Source of the DNA: an uncultured delta proteobacterium
Lineage (GTDB): Bacteria > Myxococcota_A > UBA9160 > UBA4427
NCBI GenBank assembly: GCA_963822965.1
Contig: CAWGJT010000009.1
Coordinates: forward strand, 128,001-192,000
Direction: 5' to 3'
DNA: 64,000 bases
Shown: positions 1-10,832 of the stretch, piece by piece
How the letters are laid out: each line of letters begins with the position of its first letter
Position numbering within the stretch: position 1 is the stretch's first letter
Notes under the pieces: model-generated
What the model was told of the DNA's origin: nothing
Seen by the model: only the letters and a program-made list of their open reading frames with translations
Database searches by the model: none
Program-made: the position numbers and the translations under genes

Positions 1-1
1 G

Positions 2-580
2 CGCCGGGCGCTCGAGTCGCTGCGGCAGGTCCTCGAGGAGCGGGTGGTGCGGATCGCGCGAGCCCACCACAGCTGTCTGTTCCCCGCGCACTTCACCCTG
101 GTGGCTGCCTGCAACCCCTGCCCTTGCGGCTGGTACCGCAGCAACCGGCGCGACTGCCGCTGCGACGAGACGGCCGTGGCCCGCTATCGCAGCCGGGTCT
201 CCGGGCCGCTGCTGGACCGGATCGACCTGCACGTGGAGGTGCCGGCCGTCGAGTGGCGGGAGCTCGAGCGCCCGGCCGAAGGCGCCACCAGCCGCGAGCT
301 GCGCGAACGGGTGCGGCAGGCCCGGAAGATCCAGCGGGGTCGGGGGGTTGCCACCAATGCGGAGATCCCCGACCGGAACCTCGACGCACTGGTGGACGCG
401 ACCTCCGAGGCGCGCGCCCTGCTGGGCCGTGCGGTGGACTCGCTCCACCTGTCCGCCCGGGCGGCACGGCGGCTGCTGCGGGTGGCGCGCACCCTGGCGG
501 ACCTCGAGGGAGAGGCCCGGGTGACGCCGGTCCAGGTCGCGGAGGCCCTGCGGTTCCGGCATGAGGTGCCCCTGACATGA
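2..580 (+). CDS. comM: YifB/ComM family Mg-chelatase-like AAA ATPase, C-terminal part (5' truncated by window)
   Basis: LESLRQVLEE, LVAACNPCPCG, RYRSRVSGPLLDRIDLHVEVP, LSARAARRLLRVARTLADL motifs. Confidence 0.92.
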   Translation, partial: RRALESLRQVLEERVVRIARAHHSCLFPAHFTLVAACNPCPCGWYRSNRRDCRCDETAVARYRSRVSGPLLDRIDLHVEVPAVEWRELERPAEGATSRELRERVRQARKIQRGRGVATNAEIPDRNLDALVDATSEARALLGRAVDSLHLSARAARRLLRVARTLADLEGEARVTPVQVAEALRFRHEVPLT

Positions 581-718
581 CCCCCGCGACGCGCGTTTTC
601 TGTCACCGGCGTGATCGAAACGCGTCACCCCGGCGGGTCCGCACGCTCACGTTCCCCGGGGCGACCGCCTCAGGACCGCCATCCGGCGAATCTGGCGCGC
701 CCGTAACCGTCGCGCGGC

Positions 719-733
719 TGGCACGGAATATGC
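719..733 (+). promoter_or_regulatory. sigma-54-type -24/-12 promoter
   Basis: TGGCACG-GAAT-ATGC versus consensus TGGCACG-N4-TTGC (one mismatch, correct GG/GC spacing), about 70 nt upstream of the ORF at 804. Confidence 0.6.
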
Positions 734-803
734 CTCCAGGGACTCGAGGAAAGGGCCTGAGGAAGGGCGCGAACGAGCGCCGATCGAGCACCCGGAGGGC
801 GAC

Positions 804-1031
804 ATGGCACTGCCTGGTCACGCGAGCCACCCGAAGCGCAGGAAGACGGCCGCGGTCCCGATTCAGGGCGGCATCGTCCACCTGACCCTCCTCGAGCTGG
901 TGCGGACCGTCGGCGAGATCACGGACGACGAGGCGGAGATCGTCGCCACGGTGATCCAGATGCTGCGCTCCGGTCGGGTCAAGCTCGCCGGCAGCTTCCG
1001 CGACGAGCCGATCCGCGGATTCGTCGACTGA
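804..1031 (+). CDS. small hypothetical protein (75 aa)
   Basis: GGAGG RBS before ATG; protein-like composition (TLLELVRTVGEITDDEAEIVATVIQMLRSGRVKLAGSFR). Confidence 0.7.
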   Translation: MALPGHASHPKRRKTAAVPIQGGIVHLTLLELVRTVGEITDDEAEIVATVIQMLRSGRVKLAGSFRDEPIRGFVD

Positions 1032-1223
1032 CCGGATTCCACTGAGAAGGTCCTGCGGCCGCGGCGGCCCGGAGACGGGCTGCACCCGCCCCGCCCCGAA
1101 TCCCCGACTGCCGGGCGACCGGTGAGCCCGTCCCATCCCGCGAAACGGGATCCTGCTGGCGATCCGGGCTATTGAATGGCCCCGCGGGCCCCGCGCGGGT
1201 CTGCCGGGCCCGCGGAGGAGCAA

Positions 1224-2099
1224 ATGAAGGGGATCATCCTGGCCGGTGGATCGGGGACCCGCCTCTACCCGATCACCCACGGCGTCAGCAAGCAGCTGCT
1301 GCCCATCTACGACAAGCCGATGATCTACTACCCGCTGTCGAGCCTGATGCTCGCGGGCATCCGCGACATCCTGGTGATCTCGACACCCGAGGACCAGGCC
1401 GCCTTCCAGCGCGTGCTGGGCGACGGGGCCCAGCTCGGGATCGAGCTGCACTATGCGGTCCAGCCCTCGCCGGACGGCATTGCGCAGGCCTTCCTGATCG
1501 CTGAGGAGTTCATCGCCGGCCAGCCGGTGGCCCTCGCCCTCGGCGACAACATCTTCTACGGCCACGGCTTCGGTGACTCGCTGGATCGCGCCACGGCGCG
1601 CGCGCGAGGGGCCACGGTCTTCGGCTACTACGTGAGCGATCCCGAGCGATACGGCGTGGTGGACTTCGACGAGCAGGGGCGCGCCGTCGGCATCGAAGAG
1701 AAGCCGGCGAAGCCGAAGACGCACTACGCGGTGACGGGCCTCTACTTCTACGACGAGCAGGTGGTCGAGATCGCCCGGGGCCTCGAGCCGTCGCCCCGGG
1801 GCGAGCTCGAGATCACGGATCTGAACGTCGAGTACCTGCGCCGCGGCGAGCTGCACGTCGAGCTGCTCGGGCGCGGCGTCGCCTGGCTCGACACGGGCAC
1901 CCACGAGTCGCTGCTCCAGGCCTCCACCTTCATCCAGGCGATCCAGGAGCGGCAGGGGCTGAAGGTCGCCTGCCTGGAGGAGATCGCGTACCGGAAGGGC
2001 TACATCGGTCGCGACCGCCTGCGGGAGCTCGGCGAGCAGATGAGCAAGAACCGCTACGGCCAGTACCTGCTGCGCCTGGCCTCGGAGTCGCGCGCTTGA
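1224..2099 (+). CDS. rfbA: glucose-1-phosphate thymidylyltransferase
   Basis: [64 protein letters not shown]. Confidence 0.97.
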   Translation: MKGIILAGGSGTRLYPITHGVSKQLLPIYDKPMIYYPLSSLMLAGIRDILVISTPEDQAAFQRVLGDGAQLGIELHYAVQPSPDGIAQAFLIAEEFIAGQPVALALGDNIFYGHGFGDSLDRATARARGATVFGYYVSDPERYGVVDFDEQGRAVGIEEKPAKPKTHYAVTGLYFYDEQVVEIARGLEPSPRGELEITDLNVEYLRRGELHVELLGRGVAWLDTGTHESLLQASTFIQAIQERQGLKVACLEEIAYRKGYIGRDRLRELGEQMSKNRYGQYLLRLASESRA

Positions 2100-2659
2100 A
2101 GTTCGTCGAGACCGAGCTGCCCGGAGTGATCGTCGTCGAGCCGGACGTCCACGGGGACGAGCGCGGCTTCTTCCTCGAGACCTACCACCAGAAGAAGTAC
2201 GCCGAGGGCGGCATCCGCGCGACCTTCGTGCAGGACAACCACTCGCGCTCGAAGCACGGCATCCTGCGCGGGCTGCACCTGCAGGTGCGGTATCCCCAGG
2301 GCAAGCTCGTTCGCGTGGTGGAGGGAGAGGTCTTCGACGTGGCCGTCGACGTGCGCCGCGGCTCGCCGCACTTCGGCCGCCACGTATCGATGGTCCTCTC
2401 CGCCAGGCGCTTCACGCAGCTCTACGTACCGCCGGGCTTCGCGCACGGCTTCGTGGTGACGAGCGAAGCCGCGCAGTTCGAGTACAAGTGCACGGAGCTC
2501 TACCACCCGGAGGACGAGCTCTCGATCGCCTGGAACGACCCGGACCTCGCGATCCCCTGGCCCGTCGAATCGCCCGCCCTGTCGGCGAAGGATGCCGCCG
2601 CGCGCACGTTGCAGGAGCTGATGGAGGTGCTTCCGGTCTACTCCCCGGCCGGAGCATGA
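2096..2659 (+). CDS. rfbC: dTDP-4-dehydrorhamnose 3,5-epimerase
   Basis: [45 protein letters not shown]. Confidence 0.97.
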   Translation: MKFVETELPGVIVVEPDVHGDERGFFLETYHQKKYAEGGIRATFVQDNHSRSKHGILRGLHLQVRYPQGKLVRVVEGEVFDVAVDVRRGSPHFGRHVSMVLSARRFTQLYVPPGFAHGFVVTSEAAQFEYKCTELYHPEDELSIAWNDPDLAIPWPVESPALSAKDAAARTLQELMEVLPVYSPAGA

Positions 2660-3756
2660 CGCGCGCGGGCATGCGAGCGGCCCGGGCGCGCCTGCTGGCC
2701 TGGAGCCTCGTCGCCCCCGCGGCGCTGGCCTGCTCGCTGCCTTCCCTGCACACCCGGCCTGCCGCGCCGGACGCGGTCCCCGAGTGGCGGGTGGCGCGCC
2801 CCGTCCTGGGCGTCGACCTCGAGATCGCCGTGCGCGCGCCGGACAGGGCCGTCGGCCGCGCCGCCGTCGACGACGCGTTCCGGGTCGCGGAACGCATGGG
2901 CGGGCTGCTGCTCGCCGACCACCCGGGAAGCGAGATCGACATCCTCACCCACGTGCCCGGCGGCCTGTGGCTCGAGATCTCCCCCGAGACCGGTGCGGCG
3001 CTCTCGCTCGCGCTGCAGATCGCAGACGAAACGGGCGGCGCGTACGACCCCACGTGGACCGCCCTCCTGCGCGTATGGGGTCTGCGCGGACCCGGCCCCC
3101 CCCACGTCCCCCGCGACTTCGAGATCGACATGATCCTGCGCCGGGTGGACTACCGCGACATCGAGCTCGGCCCGGACGCCACCCTGCAGGCAAGGCGACG
3201 TACCCGCCGCACCGAGCTCGACCTCGGGGCGCTCGCCCGCGGTGCCATGCTGGACGCCGCCTGCCGGCGGCTGGAGTCCCTGGGCGTGCCGGCGGCGCGG
3301 GCGAGCACGCTCCACGAGCACGCGGTCTTCGGCGGCGGCGCAGGACGCCCGTGGCGCATTCCCATCCGGGCTCGCGCCCTCGAAGAAGGCGCCTCCGACG
3401 AGCTCGTGGGTGTGGTGGAGCTCGCCCGGGGCGGGCTGGCCGTCGCGAGCCGCGGGCCGGGCGTGCCCACGGCGAGCGGTGTCGACATCCACGACCGCTT
3501 CGATCCGCGCAGCGGCCGGCCCACCCGGAGCGTGCGCTATGCGGTCGTCGCGGGGGACGACGCGGCCGGCAGCGCGGGTCGCGCGGACGCCCTGCTGGCC
3601 ATGGGCCCGGACGGCCCGGCCTTCGCGCAGGCCCACGGGCTGCGGGCCGCCGTCGCCTACGAGACGGGCGAGCTGTGGACCTCGGAAGGCATGCGCTTCG
3701 AGCCGGGGGTCAGCGAAGGGGCAGAGGCGAGCCGTCCAGGCCCGACGGCGCCTTGA
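2656..3756 (+). CDS. apbE: ApbE-like FAD:protein FMN transferase lipoprotein (divergent)
   Basis: Lipobox-like [33 protein letters not shown] motifs; ATG overlaps the rfbC stop. Confidence 0.75.
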   Translation: MTRAGMRAARARLLAWSLVAPAALACSLPSLHTRPAAPDAVPEWRVARPVLGVDLEIAVRAPDRAVGRAAVDDAFRVAERMGGLLLADHPGSEIDILTHVPGGLWLEISPETGAALSLALQIADETGGAYDPTWTALLRVWGLRGPGPPHVPRDFEIDMILRRVDYRDIELGPDATLQARRRTRRTELDLGALARGAMLDAACRRLESLGVPAARASTLHEHAVFGGGAGRPWRIPIRARALEEGASDELVGVVELARGGLAVASRGPGVPTASGVDIHDRFDPRSGRPTRSVRYAVVAGDDAAGSAGRADALLAMGPDGPAFAQAHGLRAAVAYETGELWTSEGMRFEPGVSEGAEASRPGPTAP

Positions 3757-5446
3757 TGCCCAGGAGGCGCGCCAGGGTCGGGGCGATGTCCACCGGACCG
3801 GCGGCGGCTCGAACGTCGCCGGGAGTGATGCCCGGTCCGTAGAACACGAGCGGCACGGCTCGATCGTAGAGATAGGGCGAGCCGTGGCTGGTGCCGGTGT
3901 CGCGGTCGCTCATGAGACAGTCCTCGCCCGCCTGCACCGCCAGGTCTCCGGCCCGCTCGGGGTTCCACGAGTTGCGGTAGAGGGTGGCCATCGGCTCGGG
4001 TCCCCGTCCGGCCAGCACCTCGTCGCGGCTCCACACCCGGACGACGCCCGGCTTCGCCTCGAGGTAGCGCCGCGCGGCCGCGAGCACGTCGGCCTCGCTG
4101 GCACCCGCGGCAGCGACGCGCGGTCGGTTCAGGGTGAGGCGGCTGCTCTCGACCGCGAACCACGGGCCGGGCGCGGCCGAGCCGGCGCCCCCGAAGCGCG
4201 CGTCGAGGTTCGCCTCCAGGCCGTCCAGCAACGGTCGCGGATCGATGCGTCCTCCCTGCACGGGGCAGGCGCTGCGACCGCGCTCGTACAGCCATTCCGG
4301 AAGCGGCAGGACGCCGTGGTCTGCGGTCACGACGACCACCAGGCGGCCTGCGCCCACACGCGCCTCGAGGAAGTCCAGCAGCTTCCCGATGCCCCGGTCG
4401 AGTCGCACGAGCGCGTCGTGTGCCTCCCAGCTCTCGGGCCCGTAGAAGTGTCCGACGAGGTCGGTGGCCGAGAGCGCCACGACCAGCAGGTCGGTCTCCG
4501 GGCCGCGACCGAGGTTCTCGTTGACGACGAGGTCCTTCGCGAACGCGAGCGTCACGAGGTCGGCGTAGGGCGTCACGTAGAGGCGTTCGGCCGCGAACCG
4601 CGCCGCGGACGGAAGCCCTTCGGCACCCGGGGGATCGCGGCGCAGGGGGTGTGGCTGGGTGCGGCTCAGCAGCGGGCTCTCGCTCCGGTAGTCGTCCGGC
4701 CGGGGGCCGGGATCCATCGCCTCCACCGACGCCGCCAGGTACGTCCATTCGTCGGGCAGCCCCGCGAACACCTTGTCGGCGCGCCAGCCCTGGACCCAGT
4801 CCGGCAGGGAGGCGCGGTAGTAGCGGCTCGTGACGAAGCGCGGCGACGCGCCGCGGGCCAGCCAGTACGCGGCGTCCGGGTGTCGACCGGCGGTGGCGAT
4901 GGCGGCGCGGTCCTTGCCCGACACACTGAAGACCCGCGTGCCGGGGCGTTGGGCCTTCATCCAGTCGCCCAGGGTGTCCACCAGCATGTTCCGGGGAGAG
5001 CGGCCGTCCGCCGGCGATCCGGCCGGAACGCCCAGTAGAGCCGCGTCCGGGGCACGGTCCTCGACGCAGTAGTGCTCCTCGAGCGTCTCGGGGTCGATGA
5101 AGCCGTTGCCCGGAATGCCGATCTTCGCGGGCTGCCGACCCGAGAGCATCACTGCGTGGCCGGGGCAGGTCTCGGTGAAGGCGTGGGTGAAGGCGGCGTC
5201 GCGAAAGACCCGCCCCTCGCGTTGGAGTCGGCCGAGCCCGCCCTGGAGCGCGGGGGTGAGGCGGTCGGCGCGGAGCTGGTCGATGGCGAGGAGCACCACG
5301 AGCTTCGGGCGGGCGACCTGCGCCACCGGAACGTCGCCGCGCCCCGGAAGACACGAGAGCACGAGCGCGGCGGCGAGGAGCGCGCTCGTCCGTCGCACGA
5401 CGGCCTTCGGCGCGACGGTCTTCCGCAGCACAGCCCTCGCGCACAC
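3710..5446 (-). CDS. alkaline phosphatase / nucleotide pyrophosphatase family (PafA-like) exported protein
   Basis: PKLVVLLAIDQLRAD, TETCPGHA, SGKDRAAI, DLVGHFYGPES, TADHG, HGSPYLYDRAVPL; start approximate. Confidence 0.88.
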   Translation of the reverse strand: MCARAVLRKTVAPKAVVRRTSALLAAALVLSCLPGRGDVPVAQVARPKLVVLLAIDQLRADRLTPALQGGLGRLQREGRVFRDAAFTHAFTETCPGHAVMLSGRQPAKIGIPGNGFIDPETLEEHYCVEDRAPDAALLGVPAGSPADGRSPRNMLVDTLGDWMKAQRPGTRVFSVSGKDRAAIATAGRHPDAAYWLARGASPRFVTSRYYRASLPDWVQGWRADKVFAGLPDEWTYLAASVEAMDPGPRPDDYRSESPLLSRTQPHPLRRDPPGAEGLPSAARFAAERLYVTPYADLVTLAFAKDLVVNENLGRGPETDLLVVALSATDLVGHFYGPESWEAHDALVRLDRGIGKLLDFLEARVGAGRLVVVVTADHGVLPLPEWLYERGRSACPVQGGRIDPRPLLDGLEANLDARFGGAGSAAPGPWFAVESSRLTLNRPRVAAAGASEADVLAAARRYLEAKPGVVRVWSRDEVLAGRGPEPMATLYRNSWNPERAGDLAVQAGEDCLMSDRDTGTSHGSPYLYDRAVPLVFYGPGITPGDVRAAAGPVDIAPTLARLLGIKAPSGLDGSPLPLR

Positions 5447-5460
5447 CCGGGCTCCGTGAG

Positions 5461-5892
5461 TCAGTCGTCGCGACAATCGCTGCAGTGGCCGTACAGCTCG
5501 TGGCGATGACGCAGCACCACGAACCCGTGCTCTCCCGCGATCCGGTTCTGGGTGGCCTCGATGGAGCGGCACTCGAACTCGATGATCTTTCCGCAGCGCG
5601 TGCACACCAGGTGGTCGTGATGCTCGTGCTCGATCTCGTAGCGTGTGACGCCGTCGTCGAAGGTGTGCTCCTCGGCGAGGCCGGCCTCGCACAGGAGCTT
5701 CATGGTGCGATACACCGTCGTGTAGCCGATGTTGGGATACTTCTCGCGGACGCTCTGGTAGAGGTCGTCGCTCGTCAGGTGGCCCTTGGCGTCGAGGAAC
5801 GCCTCGAGGATGAGCTCGCGCTGGCGGGTGTGCTTGAGGTTGTGCTGCTCGAGGTAGCGAGCGAGCGCCTCGCGCTCGACTTCGTGGCCCAT
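5461..5892 (-). CDS. fur: Fur family transcriptional regulator
   Basis: TRQRELIL, TTVYRTMKLL, HHDHLVCTRCG, ELYGHCSDC. Confidence 0.93.
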   Translation of the reverse strand: MGHEVEREALARYLEQHNLKHTRQRELILEAFLDAKGHLTSDDLYQSVREKYPNIGYTTVYRTMKLLCEAGLAEEHTFDDGVTRYEIEHEHHDHLVCTRCGKIIEFECRSIEATQNRIAGEHGFVVLRHRHELYGHCSDCRDD

Positions 5893-6024
5893 GGAAGGGA
5901 AAGTATCCGACCCGGGAGGCCCCACCAAGCCAGCTCCGCCGGTGAGGGGCGCGCGAGTCCTGGGAGGCTCCTCAGCCGCCCGCCCTGGCGGCCAGGAGCA
6001 TGTGCGGCACGCCGGAATCGGTGG

Positions 6025-6498
6025 TCAGCCCGCGAGGAGATCCTCGCAGAGGCCGGCGACGGTGTCGTCCCGGTCCTGCTCGAGCACCCGGAGCTGGCTT
6101 CTCAGGCCCGTACCGATCTCGAGCCGACCGGCCCGCTGGAGGGCGAGCAGCGCCTCGAGGGCGGGCACCACCAGGTCGCGGTCGCCCGCATCGAGAAAGA
6201 GCGCCAGCAGCGCGGGCGACTGCGGCACACCGATCTGCTCCCGGTAGGTCCGGCAGGCCTGCGGGAGCGCGGGCGTGCCGTGCGCGTCGCGCATCTCGTT
6301 GGCGAGACGCTCGCCCTCGCTGCCGCCCTTCTCCTGGGAAAAGAGAGCGTCCGCCTCCTTGAGAGCGCTCTCGGACGCACGCACCTGGTCTTCCCGGGCA
6401 CGGCGCCCACGGGGCTCGTCGGAACGCGAGCGCGCCCCGCTGCGTCGCTTGTCGATCTCGCTCCAGCTGAGCCGGGGCCGGTCCTCGCGTTCGCTCAC
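6025..6498 (-). CDS. hypothetical protein
   Basis: Protein-like helical composition; start overlaps the stop of the upstream TPR gene. Confidence 0.65.
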   Translation of the reverse strand: MSEREDRPRLSWSEIDKRRSGARSRSDEPRGRRAREDQVRASESALKEADALFSQEKGGSEGERLANEMRDAHGTPALPQACRTYREQIGVPQSPALLALFLDAGDRDLVVPALEALLALQRAGRLEIGTGLRSQLRVLEQDRDDTVAGLCEDLLAG

Positions 6499-6941
6499 GG
6501 GCTTCTCCGTGGGGGTCGGGTCTCGAGGGGGGGCGCGGAAGCCCCGGGCTCGGCCTGCGGACCGGCAATCCGCCGGAGCGCCTCCGCGCGCTCTTCCCGC
6601 ATCAGCCGCTCCTCGAGCCGGGCCAGATTATCACTGGCCGCATGATTGTCGCAGTCCAGCGCTACGGCGCGCGCGAAGGCCTGGCGCGCTCGCTCGGGCT
6701 CGCCCGCCTCCAGCCAGGCCAGCCCCAGGTGGTTCTGGATCTCCGACGCCTCGGGGACGAGACGGGCGGCCTCCCCCAGGTCCTCCAGGGCCCGAGCGAC
6801 GTTGCCGGACTCGAGGGCGCGCGTGCCGCTCTGGTACAGACGGGCTCCGCGCCACGTCGCGCAGCCGGACACGACGAGCCAGCCCGCCAGCAGCAGCGAC
6901 ACCGCGATGAACGCTCTCGGCCGCCTTCGGATCGCCCGCAC
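6495..6941 (-). CDS. TPR-repeat lipoprotein
   Basis: Lipobox VSGC; TPR pattern IQNHLGLAWLEAGEPERARQAFARAVALD; GGGGAGG RBS before GTG. Confidence 0.8.
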   Translation of the reverse strand: MRAIRRRPRAFIAVSLLLAGWLVVSGCATWRGARLYQSGTRALESGNVARALEDLGEAARLVPEASEIQNHLGLAWLEAGEPERARQAFARAVALDCDNHAASDNLARLEERLMREERAEALRRIAGPQAEPGASAPPLETRPPRRSP

Positions 6942-7071
6942 GTCCTCCCCCGTCGCGCGTCCGGCCGGGTTGACTCGCCCGGACGCGCGTGTCAGAGAAT
7001 GGCGCATCGGAGGGCGCGACGCGTGGCGGGCTCGACGAGCGGCGCCTGGCGACGAATCGCGATCCGACCGG

Positions 7072-8040
7072 TCAGCGTTCGGCGGCGGGCTCGCCCGGAG
7101 CCTCGCGGGAGGGCTCGCCGGAGAGCACCGGCAGCTCCACGTGCGCCACCACCGGCAGGTGGTCCGAGGCGCGACGCGAGGCCGGCGTGCTGTGCGCCTC
7201 GACGGAGAGGATCTTCGCGCGGTGCGCGTAGACCCGATCGAGTGCCAGCACCGGCGCCGCGGCGGGAAAGGTCGGCGGCCAGTCCAGGTTGTGGTGGAGC
7301 TCCATCGACTGGTTGAGCTCGACGGTGGCCTTGCAGCGGCGCCACGCGTTCATGTCGCCCAGCAGGACGGAAGGCCCCTCCTGCAGCTGCGGATGCTGCA
7401 GCAACGACTTCACCTGCCGCTGTCGCGTGCGGTCCACCAGGGAGAGGTGCGTGGCGACGACGCCGAGCCGGCTGGAGGCGCCGTCGAACTGGACGGCGAG
7501 CGCGCCCCGCCGCTCGATGCGCGAGAACGAGATGTCGATCACCGAGATCGCCGTCATCGGAAAGCGCGAGAGGATCGCGTTGCCGAGCTGCCCGAGGCGG
7601 TGCTGGCGGGTCACCGCGAACGTCAGGTGCATGCCGAGCGCGTCCGCGATGGCCGACAGCGGGCACTCGTCGTCGGTCGGGCGCAGCACCTCCTGCAGGG
7701 CGATCACGTCCGCGTCGAGCTCGGAGATGACGAAGCCCGCCCGGGCCGGGTCCGGCGCCTTGCGGCCATTGAAGCCGGTCCAACGGTGGACGTTGTAGGT
7801 GGCGACCTTGACGTGCTGGCCCATGCGTTCACCGGTCATCGGCACGCTGGGGCCGTGAACCAAGGCCAAATAGGGGGCCTGCCCCACACTGGCCCGCTGG
7901 GCGGCCTTGGACCGCCGGCGGGCGTCCAGGGCACGGTTCATGGAGGCGCGCGCGCTCCGCATCTGATCGCGGCCGGCCTGCCTCACCTTGTTGGCTCGAT
8001 CCCGGGCCCGCTCGCGGGGCCCTTCTCGTTTCTGCGACAC
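7072..8040 (-). CDS. endonuclease/exonuclease/phosphatase family protein
   Basis: VATYNVH, ADVIALQEV, GNAILSR, ATHL, LLGDMN, LDRVY, ASDHLPV; start uncertain (7824 alternative). Confidence 0.9.
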   Translation of the reverse strand: MSQKREGPRERARDRANKVRQAGRDQMRSARASMNRALDARRRSKAAQRASVGQAPYLALVHGPSVPMTGERMGQHVKVATYNVHRWTGFNGRKAPDPARAGFVISELDADVIALQEVLRPTDDECPLSAIADALGMHLTFAVTRQHRLGQLGNAILSRFPMTAISVIDISFSRIERRGALAVQFDGASSRLGVVATHLSLVDRTRQRQVKSLLQHPQLQEGPSVLLGDMNAWRRCKATVELNQSMELHHNLDWPPTFPAAAPVLALDRVYAHRAKILSVEAHSTPASRRASDHLPVVAHVELPVLSGEPSREAPGEPAAER

Positions 8041-8427
8041 GATCGCCCCTCGCGGGCTCTGCGGGTGGGGGATGCCGCAGGATTCGCCGACCATGGTACC
8101 GACACGAGAGGACACTCGCGCCCGCCGGCGGTCTCCCTGGAGCCGGGTCCCGCCTGGCACCACCAAAAGAGGTTAGGCTCCGTGGGGGAGCCTCGGGTTC
8201 CGATGTCCTTGCCGCCCCCGAAGGGGCGACAAGGCCGTGGGAGAAGCACCCCTCAAACAGGCGCAGGAATCCTCGGGACCCCTCAAATCCGCACGCGTTT
8301 CGCGGATGGCTCACAAGGACCGCACGGGCCCGACCGATAGGACACTGAACCCGAAGCCGGGCCGGGCGACCGCCTCTCGGGAGGCCCGCTCCGAGTCCGG
8401 CCCCGACCCTGCGCGCGAGGCGGTCCC

Positions 8428-9807
8428 ATGCCCAGGAAGAAGACCTCGTCCCTCAAGCCCCTGGTGGAGTCCGAGAAGGTCCGCGAGGCCGCCCGCGCGC
8501 TGATCCAGGCGGTGCGCGAAGAGCAGGCCCGCCGCTCGCTCTCGCCCGAGTCCTACCAGAAGGCGATCCGGCGTATCACCCGCCAGCGCGGTCGGCCGCT
8601 CATGTACCCGATGATCTCCGGGGGCCGGGGCAAGGGCGCCCGGGTGTTCCTGGCGGACGGCACCCAGAAGCTCGACTTCATCAGCGGGATCGGGCAGTAC
8701 GGCTTCGGGCACGGCGACGACGACCTGCTCGAGACCTCGGTGGCCGCGGCGGCCCAGGACGTGGCCTTCCAGGGGCACCTGCTGCCGGGACCCGAGTACC
8801 TGGCCGTCACCCGCGCCCTGCTCAAGCACGCCGGCAAGCGGCTCAAGCACGCCTGGCTCTCGCTCTCCGGGGCGATGGCCAACGAGAACGCCCTCAAGAT
8901 CGTCTTCCAGAAGCACGCCCCGGCCGACCGCATCGTCGTGTTCGAGAACTGCTTCCACGGCCGCACCCTGGCCACCGCCGAGATGAGCGACCGTCCGGCC
9001 TTCCGGGACGGCCTGCCCCTGCGCGGCAACGTCCTGCAGGTGCCCTTCTACGATCCCGCCCGCGAGGACTCGATCGAGCACAGCGTGGCGGTCCTGGCCG
9101 AGCACCTGCGCCGCTTCCCCGGACAGATCGCGGCCATGTGCTTCGAGATCGTCCAGGGCGAGGGGGGCTTCAAGACCGCACCGCGCGAGTTCTTCGCGGC
9201 GTTGATGGAGCACTGCCACGAGAACGGTGTGGCGGTCTGGGTCGACGAGGTGCAGACGTTCGCGCGCACCGGCGAGCTGTACGCCTTTCGCACGCTCGCC
9301 CTCGACGCCTGGGTGGACGTGGTGACGGTGGGCAAGATCCTGCAGGGAAGCGCGGTGCTCTGCAGCAAAGCCTACAATCCGAAGCCGGGGCTGGTCGCCG
9401 GAACCTACGCGGGCAGCACCGTCGGCATGGCCCTGGGGGCGCGCATCATCGAGCGCCTCGAAGAGGAGGGATACCTCGGTCTCGACGGACGCATCGCCGT
9501 GCTCGGCCGCCGCATCGAGCGCCGCTTCGAATCCCTCGAGAAGCGGATGCCCAAGGCGATCGGCCCGCGCTCGGGCATGGGGGCCATGCAGGCCTTCGTG
9601 CCGTTCGACGGCTCGCCGGAGATCGCGAAGACGGTGCTGTACGCGGCCTTCGAGGAGGGGCTCATCCTGATGAGCGCAGGCTCGAGCCCGACCAAGATCC
9701 GCATGCTGCCGCCCGTCAACACGACCGACGAGGAGCTGGAGGCCTGCTTCAGCATGCTCGAGAAGGCCATGCGCCGGGTCGGGGAGGAGTGCGAGCTGCC
9801 GTGCTGA
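8428..9807 (+). CDS. class III PLP aminotransferase, probable succinylornithine transaminase (AstC role)
   Basis: SGAMANENALK, FHGRT, EIVQGEGG, VDEVQT, VGK; coupled to astA and astD. Confidence 0.8.
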   Translation: MPRKKTSSLKPLVESEKVREAARALIQAVREEQARRSLSPESYQKAIRRITRQRGRPLMYPMISGGRGKGARVFLADGTQKLDFISGIGQYGFGHGDDDLLETSVAAAAQDVAFQGHLLPGPEYLAVTRALLKHAGKRLKHAWLSLSGAMANENALKIVFQKHAPADRIVVFENCFHGRTLATAEMSDRPAFRDGLPLRGNVLQVPFYDPAREDSIEHSVAVLAEHLRRFPGQIAAMCFEIVQGEGGFKTAPREFFAALMEHCHENGVAVWVDEVQTFARTGELYAFRTLALDAWVDVVTVGKILQGSAVLCSKAYNPKPGLVAGTYAGSTVGMALGARIIERLEEEGYLGLDGRIAVLGRRIERRFESLEKRMPKAIGPRSGMGAMQAFVPFDGSPEIAKTVLYAAFEEGLILMSAGSSPTKIRMLPPVNTTDEELEACFSMLEKAMRRVGEECELPC

Positions 9808-10820
9808 TCCTGCGTCCCATCGAGATGCGCGATCTCGAGGACCTGGTCCTGCTGGCGAGCCAGCTCGACTCGATGAACCTGCCGAGCGATCGAGAATTTC
9901 TCGAGGCGCGTATCGCCGCCTCCCTGGGCACGTTCGCCGGCCGGGAAGCGCACGGTATCTTCGTCTTCGCGCTCGAGGACACGAAGGCCCTGCGCTGCGT
10001 GGGCACGTCGATGATCCTGGCGAAGCACGGCGTCCCCGGCATGCCCTACTACTGGTTCGAGCTCTCGACCGAGACCCGGCGCAGCGTCGAGCTCCACAAG
10101 CGCTTCACCCACACGAAGCTGCGGCTGCGCTCCACCGAGGACGGCCCGACCGAGATCGGCGGCCTGATCCTCGACCCCGCCTATCGCCGGCATCCGGAGA
10201 AGTGCGGCAAGGCGCTCTCGATCGTGCGCTTCGCCTACATGTCCATCCATCCCGACCGCTTCGAGCGCGAGGTCATCGCCGAGATGCTCTCGCCCTTCGA
10301 GGAGTCGGGCGAGAACCTGCTGTGGGAGGCCTTCGGCGCCCGCTTCACGGGCATGCCCTACCGCGAGGCGGACCACCTCTCGGCGCGCGACAAGCGCTTC
10401 ATCGCGGACCTCTTCCCGCGCGATCCCGTCTACGCGACGCTCTTCCCGAAGCGGGTGCAGGACGTGATCGGCAAGCCCAACGACACGGCCCGGGCGGCGC
10501 TGCGCATCCTGGAGAAGGTGGGCTTCCACTACCTGAACCACGTCGACCCCTTCGACGGCGGTCCCTACTACGGCGCGGCCCGGGACGCGATCTCGTCGGT
10601 GGCGGAGCGGCGCGAGCTGATCCTGCCCGGAAGCGAGCCGCAGAGGGCCGAGCTGCGCGAGGGGGCGCTCCTGGCCCTCGTCTCCGCCGAGGGGCCCAAC
10701 GGGTTCCGGGCCACGGTGCTGGCCCTGGACGAGGACGGCTCACCCCGGGTTCCGAAGGAGTACCGCGAGACGCTGGGCGTCACCGCCGGCGACCGGGTCT
10801 TCGTGACGCCGCTGCCGTGA
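9801..10820 (+). CDS. astA: arginine N-succinyltransferase
   Basis: ILRPIEMRDL, NLPSD, TEIGGLILDPAYR, VIAEM, LWEAFGARFTGMPYREAD, VDPFDGGP. Confidence 0.88.
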   Translation: MLILRPIEMRDLEDLVLLASQLDSMNLPSDREFLEARIAASLGTFAGREAHGIFVFALEDTKALRCVGTSMILAKHGVPGMPYYWFELSTETRRSVELHKRFTHTKLRLRSTEDGPTEIGGLILDPAYRRHPEKCGKALSIVRFAYMSIHPDRFEREVIAEMLSPFEESGENLLWEAFGARFTGMPYREADHLSARDKRFIADLFPRDPVYATLFPKRVQDVIGKPNDTARAALRILEKVGFHYLNHVDPFDGGPYYGAARDAISSVAERRELILPGSEPQRAELREGALLALVSAEGPNGFRATVLALDEDGSPRVPKEYRETLGVTAGDRVFVTPLP

Positions 10821-10832
10821 GGACCTGATCCG

